Shown here in pieces: positions 9,410 to 19,171 of a stretch of DNA of 58,656 nucleotides. Each line of letters begins with the position of its first letter. The first letter of the stretch is position 1. The stretch spans positions 1 through 58,656 of the forward strand of contig JBGSIV010000191.1 of the NCBI GenBank assembly GCA_041742355.1. Reading direction: 5' to 3'. The notes beneath the pieces are model-generated. The model saw nothing but the letters and a program-made list of their open reading frames with translations, was not told where the DNA came from and did not search any database. Source of the DNA: Candidatus Zixiibacteriota bacterium. GTDB taxonomy: Bacteria > Zixibacteria > MSB-5A5 > GN15 > FEB-12. The position numbers and the translations under genes are program-made.

Positions 9410-12400
9410 TTGAGGCTAATCCGTAATTCCGGAACCGATCGTGTTGTAGATGAGGTTCGGAGGCGGCTCCAGGGTGGGGTACAGCTTGACATCGCTTCCC
9501 CGTCCTTCTCATTGATGGCGTTTGCCGCTCTGAATGACCTCCTCTACTGTTTATCCAAAGCTCGCCTGATTCTGCCGCTTTCAGTAGAAAGCGATCTCGG
9601 ACTTTTTGGCAACGCAGATGATCGAGCAAGAAGGAACCGACTGCAGGGCCGTTGGCTTGCTAATGCCTGCGCAGATTGGATTCGAGAGAAGGCGGAAGTT
9701 AGGTCTCCTGGCAGCTTCATACCGCAGTCACTGTACGGAATCCGAAACGAGAACTTCGCCGCAACTACAATCATTACCGGAAATTGCCCCTTTACGACCA
9801 ATGGCTTGGGCATTACACCGAACGACCAGTTGAGCCTCATTAACTGCGCAGATACTCGTAGTGAGGTCGAACTTCTCTCCAATTGGTTTGAATCTCTCTG
9901 GAAATCGTTGCCCGACTCAGAAACTCCAAAGGCGTCTCTCCTCGAACGACTCCATGAGGCCGGACGGCATTTCACCCCCGCAGAAGTGTTCTTCTGCACA
10001 TTGTTCCACCTTTTCAGAGCCCGAGGAGATGAGTTGGACGAGGAACTCATCGTAAAATCGGCTACAGGAATCAGGAACACGGTGGTTTGGAGAAAGCTCT
10101 ACAAGTTCCAACGTGACGGAGTTATCGGCGCTATTGAAAAACTTGAGCGCTTTGGCGGGTGCATCATCGCTGATAGCGTTGGACTCGGAAAGACCTTCGA
10201 GGCCCTTGCGATTATCAAGTACTACGAGCTGCGGAATGATCGGGTTCTCGTGTTAGTCCCCAAGAGGTTACGAGACAATTGGACTCTGTATAAAGCCAAT
10301 GACCGGCGGAATATATTGGCCCCGGACCGGCTGAATTATGACGTTCTCAACCACACGGATCTTTCACGCGACGATGGGCTTTCAGGTGATATCGATCTTG
10401 CTCACGTCAATTGGGGCAACTACGATCTTCTCGTGATTGACGAATCACACAATTTCCGCAATAAGCCGAGTCACAAAGATCGTGAGTCTCGATACGACCG
10501 ATTGATGCAGACTATTATCCGGCAGGGAGTAAAGACACGTGTGCTCATGCTTTCAGCAACGCCTGTGAATAACCGGCTTGCCGATTTGCGAAACCAGATT
10601 GCTTTCGCGACGGAGGGAGACGACACTGCCCTCTTCGAGCACGGGATACCGAGCATCGAGGCGACGACGCGGATGGCCCAACGGCAGTTCAACCGATGGC
10701 TTGCACTGGAAGATTCGGATCGTACGCCCACTGGCCTCATAGATATGCTCGGCTTCGACTACTTCCATCTGCTCGATCTGCTTACCATCGCGAGATCCAG
10801 GAAGCACATTGAGAAGTACTACGGCACCGTGGAAACTGGGCGATTCCCAGACCGTCTCAAGCCCATTAATATCAAACCTGATGTCGATAGTGCTGGCGAA
10901 TTCAGATCAGTTAAAGAGATTAATAATGAAATCCGTCGATTGAACTTGGCCGCGTATGCCCCTCTGCGCTATGTGATGCCCCACAAGCAGGCAGCTTACG
11001 ACGCTAAGTACAGCACGGCAATTCGTGGGGGAGAAAGCTTCTTCCGGCAACTGGACAGAGAAGAGAGCTTGGTACATCTACTTCGGGTCAATGTTCTCAA
11101 ACGCATGGAGAGCTCCGTTACTTCCTTTGCCCTGACTGTTGGGAGACAGATCGCCGATGTTGAGGCAACGATAGCGAAAATCGAGGCCCATGCAGAGGCG
11201 GTTGAAGAGATCGGTATCGCCGACCTCGACATTGACGACCCCACATTTGAACCGTTGCTCGTCGGTCGAAAGGTGAAGGTGCTCCTGCAGGACGTTGACC
11301 TTGTGCGCTGGAGACAAGACCTAATCGAGGACCGCAACCGTCTGGCCACTCTCCACACGGCAGCCCGACAGGTTGGCGCTGCGCGAGACGCCAAGCTGGA
11401 GGCCCTTCGAGCAGTTATTCAGCAGAAGTGTACGCACCCGATCAACGACGGGAATCGAAAAGTAATCGTGTTCACGGCATTTGCCGACACGGCCACATAT
11501 CTCTATCAGCAACTATCGCCCTGGGCATCCGAGACACTCGGCATTCAGAGCGCCCTGGTAACCGGGACCGGGAGCAACCAGACCACAATTGTCAGCATAC
11601 GTAGAGACCTTTCTACGATTTTAACGGCCTTCTCGCCGAGATCCAAAGACTGTCCACCCGACTTGGCTCAGGAGGGTGAAATCGACTTGCTGATCGCCAC
11701 CGATTGTATCTCTGAGGGCCAGAATCTCCAGGACTGTGATTGGTTGGTGAACTACGATATACATTGGAACCCGGTCCGTATTATTCAGCGTTTCGGGCGG
11801 ATTGATCGCTTAGGCTCGCCCAATGCTCGGATTCAGCTAGTGAATTTCTGGCCCAATATGCAACTGGAGGAGTACATCAAGCTTGAGCAGCGCGTGACCG
11901 GCAAGATGGTGCTGCTTGATGTTTCGGCCACGGGAGAAGAAAACCTCATCGAGTTGCAGTCCGGCAATCAAATGAACGATTTAGAGTACAGGCGGAAGCA
12001 ACTCCTGAAGCTACAGGATGCCGTTATTGATCTGGAAGACTTGTCAAGTGGAGTCTCAATTACCGACCTTACCCTCACCGATTTTCGCATCGAGTTGGCG
12101 AGTTATCTCAAAGACCACGAGGGACATTTGAACCGCCTTCCACTTGGAGCCTATGCGGTCACCTCATCGCAGAGCTTTGGCGAAGTGACTATTCCTCCCG
12201 GAGTGGTGTTCTGCCTCAAGTCTGAGAGTAGAGCGACGGGTGAAGTCGAGGACCCGGGCTATCCCCTGAATCAGCACTACTTGGTTCACATGGGTGAGGA
12301 CGGGCAAACTTTGCTATCACCTAATCAAGTGAAGCCAATTCTGGACCGTTTGAGAAAGCTCTGCGTTGGACGGGATCACCTGGACCAAGAGGCTTGCAGG

Positions 12401-12613
12401 AGATTTGATGCATTGACCAGGAATGGTGAAGAGATGGCTGTCTACCAGAAGCTCCTGGCAGAGGCTGTTGCAGCCGTCGCCGGTCGATCCGATGAGCGAG
12501 CAGTAGAGAGTCTTTTCACGCCTGGGGGGACGTTTAGCGCCAAGGGTGAGTTTGCTGGCATGAACGACTTTGAAGTGATTGCATTCGTGATTGTTCTTCC
12601 GGAGGAGAAGTAG
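9410..12613 (+). CDS. SNF2-family helicase with an N-terminal PLD-like domain
   Basis: ADSVGLGKT, VIDESHNFRN, LSATPVNN, ATDCISEGQNLQ, QRFGRIDR; TTG start. Confidence 0.9.
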   Translation: MRLIRNSGTDRVVDEVRRRLQGGVQLDIASPSFSLMAFAALNDLLYCLSKARLILPLSVESDLGLFGNADDRARRNRLQGRWLANACADWIREKAEVRSPGSFIPQSLYGIRNENFAATTIITGNCPFTTNGLGITPNDQLSLINCADTRSEVELLSNWFESLWKSLPDSETPKASLLERLHEAGRHFTPAEVFFCTLFHLFRARGDELDEELIVKSATGIRNTVVWRKLYKFQRDGVIGAIEKLERFGGCIIADSVGLGKTFEALAIIKYYELRNDRVLVLVPKRLRDNWTLYKANDRRNILAPDRLNYDVLNHTDLSRDDGLSGDIDLAHVNWGNYDLLVIDESHNFRNKPSHKDRESRYDRLMQTIIRQGVKTRVLMLSATPVNNRLADLRNQIAFATEGDDTALFEHGIPSIEATTRMAQRQFNRWLALEDSDRTPTGLIDMLGFDYFHLLDLLTIARSRKHIEKYYGTVETGRFPDRLKPINIKPDVDSAGEFRSVKEINNEIRRLNLAAYAPLRYVMPHKQAAYDAKYSTAIRGGESFFRQLDREESLVHLLRVNVLKRMESSVTSFALTVGRQIADVEATIAKIEAHAEAVEEIGIADLDIDDPTFEPLLVGRKVKVLLQDVDLVRWRQDLIEDRNRLATLHTAARQVGAARDAKLEALRAVIQQKCTHPINDGNRKVIVFTAFADTATYLYQQLSPWASETLGIQSALVTGTGSNQTTIVSIRRDLSTILTAFSPRSKDCPPDLAQEGEIDLLIATDCISEGQNLQDCDWLVNYDIHWNPVRIIQRFGRIDRLGSPNARIQLVNFWPNMQLEEYIKLEQRVTGKMVLLDVSATGEENLIELQSGNQMNDLEYRRKQLLKLQDAVIDLEDLSSGVSITDLTLTDFRIELASYLKDHEGHLNRLPLGAYAVTSSQSFGEVTIPPGVVFCLKSESRATGEVEDPGYPLNQHYLVHMGEDGQTLLSPNQVKPILDRLRKLCVGRDHLDQEACRRFDALTRNGEEMAVYQKLLAEAVAAVAGRSDERAVESLFTPGGTFSAKGEFAGMNDFEVIAFVIVLPEEK

Positions 12614-13386
12614 TGACTACGGGGGAGTTCGTCGCAGCGTTCGAGTTTCCCCCGGAAGCACGGGTTGACCGTCGTATTCCGAAAAGCCTTCTGATTCAGA
12701 AGTGCGAGGCAACTGCGGCTGATAAGCGCCAAATCAATGAGGGCATTGAGGAGCTTTTGTGGGCCTTTGCGCTGAAGCCGTCCGGTATTGGCGTGCCGGA
12801 ATACGTGGATTCGGTACGAGAGTACCTGGAAATCGCCGTTCTGACAGTGTCATTCCGCCCTGAAGCAAAGTCCGCTCGCATTGCAGAGTTGATTCATCGG
12901 TCGATTCCGTATCCAGTTGTGCTCTTGTCAGCAATGGGAGAAGCCGTTAGTCTCTCGCTTGCTCACAAACGCTGGTCGCTGGGTGAAGGTGGAAAAGTAG
13001 TCGTGGATGATTTGTATCAAACTGGCAACCAAGGCATTGTCCGCGAGACGTTGGAATTTGAAGAGTTTCTATCCAGCCTGGCACTAACGAGAATGCCGCG
13101 AGCCGACCTCTTTGCACTTTACCAAGGCTGGGCGGACCGAATTGTAGCATTTGAGGCGGCGCGAATTACTGGTCGATTCCGCGTCCCAGATTCTCCGGCG
13201 CGGGCGGCCGAGATACGTGCCGGGCTTGACTCCTACAGTCAGCTTCGGCGAGAAATTGCCAAACTTAGAGCGGGTGCTGCGAAAGAGAAGCAGCTTAATA
13301 AACTCGTCGGGTTAAACCTTGAGATAAGACAACTTGAGGCAGACCTTTCAACAATCTGCAAAGTTTTGGGAGAGGGAGTACGATGA
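12613..13386 (+). CDS. DUF4391-family protein
   Basis: YLEIAVL..ELIHRSIPYP, C-terminal coiled coil KEKQLNKLVGLNLEI; typical position between SNF2 helicase and type III Mod. Confidence 0.8.
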   Translation: MTTGEFVAAFEFPPEARVDRRIPKSLLIQKCEATAADKRQINEGIEELLWAFALKPSGIGVPEYVDSVREYLEIAVLTVSFRPEAKSARIAELIHRSIPYPVVLLSAMGEAVSLSLAHKRWSLGEGGKVVVDDLYQTGNQGIVRETLEFEEFLSSLALTRMPRADLFALYQGWADRIVAFEAARITGRFRVPDSPARAAEIRAGLDSYSQLRREIAKLRAGAAKEKQLNKLVGLNLEIRQLEADLSTICKVLGEGVR

Positions 13387-15338
13387 AGATCTCGACAATC
13401 CTCGATCACATTGACAGTGGGCACATGGCCCTACCGGAGTTTCAAAGAGGCTACGTTTGGAACAGGGATCAGGTTCGAGCTCTTATGCTATCGCTCTATC
13501 GGCGGCATCCGGTTGGGGGATTATTGGTCTGGGCTACCGAGTCTCAGACGGCATCCCACAGGGGGGACGGACCGTTGGCAGCAGGAGTCGTCAAACTCCT
13601 GTTGGACGGGCAGCAGCGTATGACCTCAATATACGGCGTTGTCAGAGGGACACCGCCGAAATTCTTCGATGGCAACGCGGCTGCATTTACCGGGCTACGA
13701 TTCCATCTCGAAACCGAGACGTTTGCCTTTTATCAGCCCCAAAAAATGCAGGGAGATCCGCATTGGATCGACGTCACCCAGCTTATGCAGCGAGGCACCG
13801 CCGGTCTTGGGGAGTTTGTTGCTCGGTTGAGTGTGCAGCCAGGACTGGATGTAAAGCTTGGAGAATACGTTGGGCGTTTGAGCAGGTTGCTTGGGATTAC
13901 GGATGTAGACTTGCACATAGAGGAAGTGACGGGAACAGACAAGTCACTCGATATAGTAGTAGATATCTTCAACCGGGTGAACAGCGGTGGCACAAAGCTC
14001 TCGAAAGGTGATTTGGCACTGGCTAAAATCTGTGCCGATTGGCCGACTGCGCGCGACGGAATGAAGCACGCCTTGAGGGGTTGGAGCGCCAGCGGCTACC
14101 ACTTCAACCTGGATTGGTTGCTTCGGTCGGTGAATACAGTTCTGACCGGAGAGGCAAAATTCAATTTCCTTCACGACAAGTCTGCTGAGCAAGTGCAGGA
14201 AGGGCTTAAGCGGGCCATTGTCAGCACTGATACGTGCCTTAATATGATAGGGGGGCGGTTGGGCCTTGACCATGACCAAGTGCTCTTCGGCCGCTTTGCA
14301 ATCCCGGTCATGGTGCGCTACCTTGACCAACGCGGGGGAAGACTGGATTCAAAGGAGCGCGACAAGCTACTGTTCTGGTTCATGCAAGCGGGTATGTGGG
14401 GCCGTTTCTCTGGTTCTACCGAGTCCTTTATTGATCAGGACTTGGCTGCTCTCGATGACGACGGCGGCGGGCTCGATGCACTTTTGAAACAACTTCGTCT
14501 GTGGCACGGCAGCCTACGGGTTGAATCTGGCCATTTCAGCACGTGGAGTCTCGGAGCCCGGTTTTATCCTGTCCTCTATTTTATCACGCGGATGGGTGAA
14601 GCAAGGGATTGGGGTACTGGGCTGCCCCTGAAAAGTAATCTCCTCGGTAAGATGAGCAGGCTGGAAGTGCACCATATTTTCCCCAAGGCGCAGCTCTATA
14701 AGCACGGATACCGGAAGTCAGAAGTGAATGCCTTGGCTAACTTCTGTTTCCTTACTAAAGATACTAACCTGAACATCAGAGACAGGCTGCCCGAGGAGTA
14801 TTTTCCCGAGATCGAGGCAAAACACCCGGGCGCATTGGCGTCACAGTGGATTCCGACAGATCCGAGTCTCTGGAAAATCGACCGTTTCAGTGCGTTCCTG
14901 CAGGCTCGCCGAGAATTGCTCGCGGCGGAGACAAATAGGTGCCTCTGCGACTTGCTGCACGGTGAATCGGAGTGGATAGAAGTCGAATCCGCGGCAGCGC
15001 CTGCCGATATCGCATCGGCACCGATTGGAGGTATCGCTACCGACGACGAGGAGGCACAACTTGAGGCTGTGGGTGATTGGATGGAGCAGAATGGTCTGGC
15101 TCGGGGGACGAAGTCGTTCGAAATTGCGGATGAAGCCAGTGGCGATCAGCTCGCCGTTTTTGACTTGGCCTGGCCAAATGGCATTCAGGAGGGACTTTCC
15201 AAACCTGTCGCAATCTTGCTGAATGAGAGCCAGGAGGTCTTGGCGCTCGCAAGTCAGTTAGGGTTCCGTTACTTCACGGCTGTTGAGGATTTCAAGAATT
15301 ACGTGAACCGGGAGATTCTGGTGGAACAGTTGGCTTAG
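13383..15338 (+). CDS. GmrSD-type (type IV) restriction protein: DUF262 plus HNH (DUF1524-like) plus an extra C-terminal domain
   Basis: LPEFQRGYVW, LLDGQQR, IFNRVNSGG; LEVHHIFPK..NALANFCFL..N. Confidence 0.85.
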   Translation: MKISTILDHIDSGHMALPEFQRGYVWNRDQVRALMLSLYRRHPVGGLLVWATESQTASHRGDGPLAAGVVKLLLDGQQRMTSIYGVVRGTPPKFFDGNAAAFTGLRFHLETETFAFYQPQKMQGDPHWIDVTQLMQRGTAGLGEFVARLSVQPGLDVKLGEYVGRLSRLLGITDVDLHIEEVTGTDKSLDIVVDIFNRVNSGGTKLSKGDLALAKICADWPTARDGMKHALRGWSASGYHFNLDWLLRSVNTVLTGEAKFNFLHDKSAEQVQEGLKRAIVSTDTCLNMIGGRLGLDHDQVLFGRFAIPVMVRYLDQRGGRLDSKERDKLLFWFMQAGMWGRFSGSTESFIDQDLAALDDDGGGLDALLKQLRLWHGSLRVESGHFSTWSLGARFYPVLYFITRMGEARDWGTGLPLKSNLLGKMSRLEVHHIFPKAQLYKHGYRKSEVNALANFCFLTKDTNLNIRDRLPEEYFPEIEAKHPGALASQWIPTDPSLWKIDRFSAFLQARRELLAAETNRCLCDLLHGESEWIEVESAAAPADIASAPIGGIATDDEEAQLEAVGDWMEQNGLARGTKSFEIADEASGDQLAVFDLAWPNGIQEGLSKPVAILLNESQEVLALASQLGFRYFTAVEDFKNYVNREILVEQLA

Positions 15339-15409
15339 GAGACTCTAAGCTGCGGCAATTCCTCACGCGGATCTCACTTTGCTTTGACTACACCAAAGGG
15401 GCATGAAGG

Positions 15410-17308
15410 ATGAAGAAGCTTTCAGCTAACGATCTAGAGACCAAATCGGCTGATATTGTGGCTCAGAATGTTGAGCAGTTGAAGGTCCTCTTCCCCGAGG
15501 CATTCATTGAGGGTAAGATTGACTTCGAAGTGCTCAAACAGATCCTGGGCGGACAGGTAGACGAGCGGGAGGAGAAGTACGGCCTGAATTGGCATGGGAA
15601 GCGTCGGGCACGGCAATTGGCCCTCACGCCGAGCACTGGCACACTCCGCCCTTGCCCCGAGGATAGTGTTGATTGGGACACGACCCAGAACCTGTTGATT
15701 GAGGGCGATAACCTCGAAGTACTCAAACTCCTTCAGAAGAGCTTCAGCCGGAAGATTAGAGCCATCTACATTGATCCGCCCTACAACACAGGTCGCAACC
15801 TGATATATCCGAACGACTATCAGGACGGTATTCGGACATACTTGGAAGTGACAGGTCAGATTGAGGGTAGTGCAAAGCTCACGAGTAACCCCGATGCTGG
15901 AGGGCGCTTTCACACTAATTGGCTCTCAATGATTTACCCACGTCTGAAGCTAGCGAGAAATCTGCTTACGAGTGACGGTGTTTTGATATGTGCCATCGAT
16001 GATAACGAAGTCAGTCAGTTAGGGGTTGTCTTGAGGGAGATATTCGAAGAGGGTACCTATGACCACGTATGCGTACCAGTGGTGCATAATCCACGAGGAG
16101 TTCAAGGAAAGAATTTTTCTTACGTCCACGAGTACGCGTACTTCGTGTATCCGTCAGGGTTGAAAGCAATCTGTGACCGCAAGATCGAAGAGGATGAAGT
16201 CGATTGGTCTCAGTTTCGTAATTGGGGCTCAGAGTCAGAAAGAACGGATGCAAAAAATTGCTTCTATCCTGTCTTGGTGAAAGACGGACAAATCATCGGG
16301 TTCGGTGACGTATGTGATGACAGCTTCCACCCCAACCAAACAGAAGTCGCTAACGATATTGCACACGTGTATCCTATCGACAGAGCAGGTGTGGAACGCA
16401 AATGGCGCTATGCCCGTCAATCCGTCGACTCAATTGCGAGCATGCTGCGTGCAAGGAAGACGGCTTACGGCTATGAGATTGAGCTCGGCAAGACCTTTGG
16501 CTTGTACAAGACGGTGTGGCATGACAAGAGGTACGATGCGAACGATTACGGCACAGGTATGGTGGGTGACCTTGTTCCTGATTCCCCATTCACGTTCCCA
16601 AAGAGTCTTTGGGCGGTTTACGACAGCCTCCTTGCTGCGACCGGAGATGACCCCAATGCCCTGATCCTTGACTTCTTCGCTGGCAGTGGCACGACGGGAC
16701 ACGCTGTAATGGAGTTGAACAAGGAAACGGCTGGAAACCGGCGATTCATCCTTGTCCAGTTGCCCGAAGTAGTAGAAGGCAACGACAAGTTCCCGACAAT
16801 CTTCGAAGTTACTAAGGCGAGGGTCAAGGCGGCCGCTGAACAGATTAGGTCAGCAGACCCCGACTGTAGAGCTGACTTGGGCTTCCGCGTTTTCAGACTC
16901 GACAGTAGCAATATTCGCGCTTGGGAGCCGGATCGGGACGACCTTCCCAAGACCCTTGAGGAGTCGGTTCAACACCTGAAGACAGATCGAACTGAGCAGG
17001 ACATCCTCTTTGAGCTTCTTCTCAAGCTGGGCCTCGATCTCACAGTACCCATTGAAGAGAAGGCCATTGCCTGCAAGACTGTCTATAGCGTTGGGGCTGG
17101 CACCCTTTTGGTGTGTCTCGCTACGGAAATAGCGGTTCCAGAGGTAGAGCCGTTGGCGCTTGGTATCATAGAGTGGCACAAGCAGTTAGCTCCAGCCGGT
17201 GACACCCAGGTTGTCTTCCGCGACAGCGCCTTTGCTAACGACGTGGCTAAGACCAACTTAGCGGCTATCCTCCAACAGCATGGGTTGGAGAATGTAAGGA
17301 GCTTGTAA
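15410..17308 (+). CDS. mod: Type III R-M methyltransferase (Mod)
   Basis: LIEGDNLEVLK, IYIDPPYNTG (motif IV), DFFAGSGTTG (motif I), beta-class order. Confidence 0.95.
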   Translation: MKKLSANDLETKSADIVAQNVEQLKVLFPEAFIEGKIDFEVLKQILGGQVDEREEKYGLNWHGKRRARQLALTPSTGTLRPCPEDSVDWDTTQNLLIEGDNLEVLKLLQKSFSRKIRAIYIDPPYNTGRNLIYPNDYQDGIRTYLEVTGQIEGSAKLTSNPDAGGRFHTNWLSMIYPRLKLARNLLTSDGVLICAIDDNEVSQLGVVLREIFEEGTYDHVCVPVVHNPRGVQGKNFSYVHEYAYFVYPSGLKAICDRKIEEDEVDWSQFRNWGSESERTDAKNCFYPVLVKDGQIIGFGDVCDDSFHPNQTEVANDIAHVYPIDRAGVERKWRYARQSVDSIASMLRARKTAYGYEIELGKTFGLYKTVWHDKRYDANDYGTGMVGDLVPDSPFTFPKSLWAVYDSLLAATGDDPNALILDFFAGSGTTGHAVMELNKETAGNRRFILVQLPEVVEGNDKFPTIFEVTKARVKAAAEQIRSADPDCRADLGFRVFRLDSSNIRAWEPDRDDLPKTLEESVQHLKTDRTEQDILFELLLKLGLDLTVPIEEKAIACKTVYSVGAGTLLVCLATEIAVPEVEPLALGIIEWHKQLAPAGDTQVVFRDSAFANDVAKTNLAAILQQHGLENVRSL

Positions 17309-17369
17309 ATAAGGGAAACTTCCTTTTAGCCCCGTAAAAGGGGGCCGGGCTTAAGCTATTGAGGCTTGA

Positions 17370-17405
17370 TTTTGTCACGAAAAGTGTATACTTTTCGTGA
17401 CAAAA
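17370..17405. promoter_or_regulatory. Perfect 16-bp inverted repeat, probable AbiEi operator
   Basis: TTTTGTCACGAAAAGT-gtat-ACTTTTCGTGACAAAA overlapping TATACT (17387-17392) and abutting the AAGGAG RBS. Confidence 0.8.
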
Positions 17406-17419
17406 GGAGCCTGAATATT

Positions 17420-18043
17420 ATGGCGCAAGGCTTAAGCCAGCAAATACTTGCAAGAATATACCAGTTTGAGAGGGGTAAGGTTTTTACTCCAAAGGATTTT
17501 TTAGACCTTGCAAGCCACGAAACCACAAGAAAGACATTAGAGCGTCTGACTAAGCAAGGGACAATCCGTCGCCTCTTGCGGGGAGTCTATGAATACCCAG
17601 TATTTAGCACACTGTTTCAGGCTCCAGCCAGCCCTGATCCCGATGCTATCGCCAGAGCAATTGCCAGAGCTCATGGGTGGACGATTCTGCCATCAGGAGA
17701 GACAGCATTAAACCTACTCGGACTGTCTACTCAAGTCCCCGCCAAATGGGAGTATTTTAGCGACGGTCCTTCTAAGATCTACGAATGGCAGGGAGGGAAG
17801 CTCATATTCAAACGCCGAACCAACAAAGAGACAACAATTCTCTCACCCAAAACCGCCTTGCTGGTTCAGGCACTCAAGACCCTCGGCGAGGAGCACGTCT
17901 CGGAATCTGTGATAGTCGCGCTTCAAGCCAAACTCGGTGCCGAGGACCGAAAACGTGCCGCCCGAGAGGCCCAGTATGCGACATCATGGGTGTATGAGAT
18001 AATAAAGCGGCTGGCGGCAGACAACGAGTCAGGCAATGCGTGA
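17420..18043 (+). CDS. AbiEi-like antitoxin/transcriptional regulator (DUF6088-like)
   Basis: N-terminal wHTH (VFTPKDFLDL..LERL..GTIRRLLRGVY), ALNLLGLSTQVP; ATG 17420 after AAGGAG. Confidence 0.85.
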   Translation: MAQGLSQQILARIYQFERGKVFTPKDFLDLASHETTRKTLERLTKQGTIRRLLRGVYEYPVFSTLFQAPASPDPDAIARAIARAHGWTILPSGETALNLLGLSTQVPAKWEYFSDGPSKIYEWQGGKLIFKRRTNKETTILSPKTALLVQALKTLGEEHVSESVIVALQAKLGAEDRKRAAREAQYATSWVYEIIKRLAADNESGNA

Positions 18044-19169
18044 TATAGCTCGGCGTTCAACAAAAGATAGGCGAGACCTATTCATGGGCACAGCCGAGGC
18101 CATGAAAGTGCATCAAGCCATTGTGGAAAAGGACTTCTGGGTATGTTGGATTTTGGACTATCTGTTTCAGGAGAGTCCGTGGAAAGATGATCTTGCCTTC
18201 AAAGGTGGAACCAGCCTGTCAAAGGGATACGGAGCCATCGAGAGATTCTCAGAGGACATAGATCTTATCCTCGATTGGAAGATATTGGGTTATTCCGATG
18301 AGGAGCCGTGGAGGGAGCGGAGTACAACTCAGCAGGACAAGTTCTGTAAGGTTGTCGTAAAACGCACTGTCGACTACTTGAGGAACGAATTCGCTACTGC
18401 ATTGACTCCAGCATTGGCAGAGCGAATCGACGCTGGTGCTGCTGGTGCCGCTGCTGCCGCTGCTGCCGCTGCCGCAAGAGGAATGACCGTCTCTAATTCG
18501 CAAGGTGACAGTGATAGTGGCGGTGGTGCTGGTGCTGGTGCCGACAGAGATGAAGAAGTAGGTGGCATCAATGTAGAAGTGAGCGCAGATGGCGAGGCTT
18601 TGTTGGTGCGATATCCAAGAGCCTTTTCGTTAGAAGCCATTCAACCGGAAATCAGGCTCGAAATTGGACCACTTTCAGAAGCGGTCCCGAACGAATTGAG
18701 GGCCATTTCCCCCTTTGCTGCCCAGGTTTTCCCAGAGATTTTCACGCAGCGCAGCACTAGCGTGACGACTATCCGAGCGGAGAGGACGTTTTGGGAGAAG
18801 GCGACAATCCTCCACCAAGAAGCACACCGCAGCATTGAGCGACCACTCCCTAGACGGTATTCCCGGCACTATTACGATCTGTATCGTCTTAGTTGTCTGC
18901 CGATAAGAAGCAGTGCGCTCAGGCAGATGGATCTGCTGAAGCAAGTCGTTGAGTTCAAGTCAAAATTCTACTACTGCTCCTGGGCTAAGTTCGGAGACGC
19001 TAAGCCGGGGACGCTCAAGTTGCTTCCTCCGGCCCACTACAAGGCCGATCTGGAGAGAGATTATCAATCCATGAGGGCGATGCTCTTCGGTTCTGTTCCG
19101 AGTTTCGAGGACATTATCAATGGGTTGAAGGCCTTGGAGGAAGAAATCAACCAACTACCTGGATTCTGA
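18036..19169 (+). CDS. AbiEii-family nucleotidyltransferase toxin
   Basis: VEKDFWV, FKGGTSLSK..IERFSEDIDL, RTFWEKATILH, SRHYYDL. Confidence 0.92.
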   Translation: MRDIARRSTKDRRDLFMGTAEAMKVHQAIVEKDFWVCWILDYLFQESPWKDDLAFKGGTSLSKGYGAIERFSEDIDLILDWKILGYSDEEPWRERSTTQQDKFCKVVVKRTVDYLRNEFATALTPALAERIDAGAAGAAAAAAAAAARGMTVSNSQGDSDSGGGAGAGADRDEEVGGINVEVSADGEALLVRYPRAFSLEAIQPEIRLEIGPLSEAVPNELRAISPFAAQVFPEIFTQRSTSVTTIRAERTFWEKATILHQEAHRSIERPLPRRYSRHYYDLYRLSCLPIRSSALRQMDLLKQVVEFKSKFYYCSWAKFGDAKPGTLKLLPPAHYKADLERDYQSMRAMLFGSVPSFEDIINGLKALEEEINQLPGF

Positions 19170-19171
19170 TA

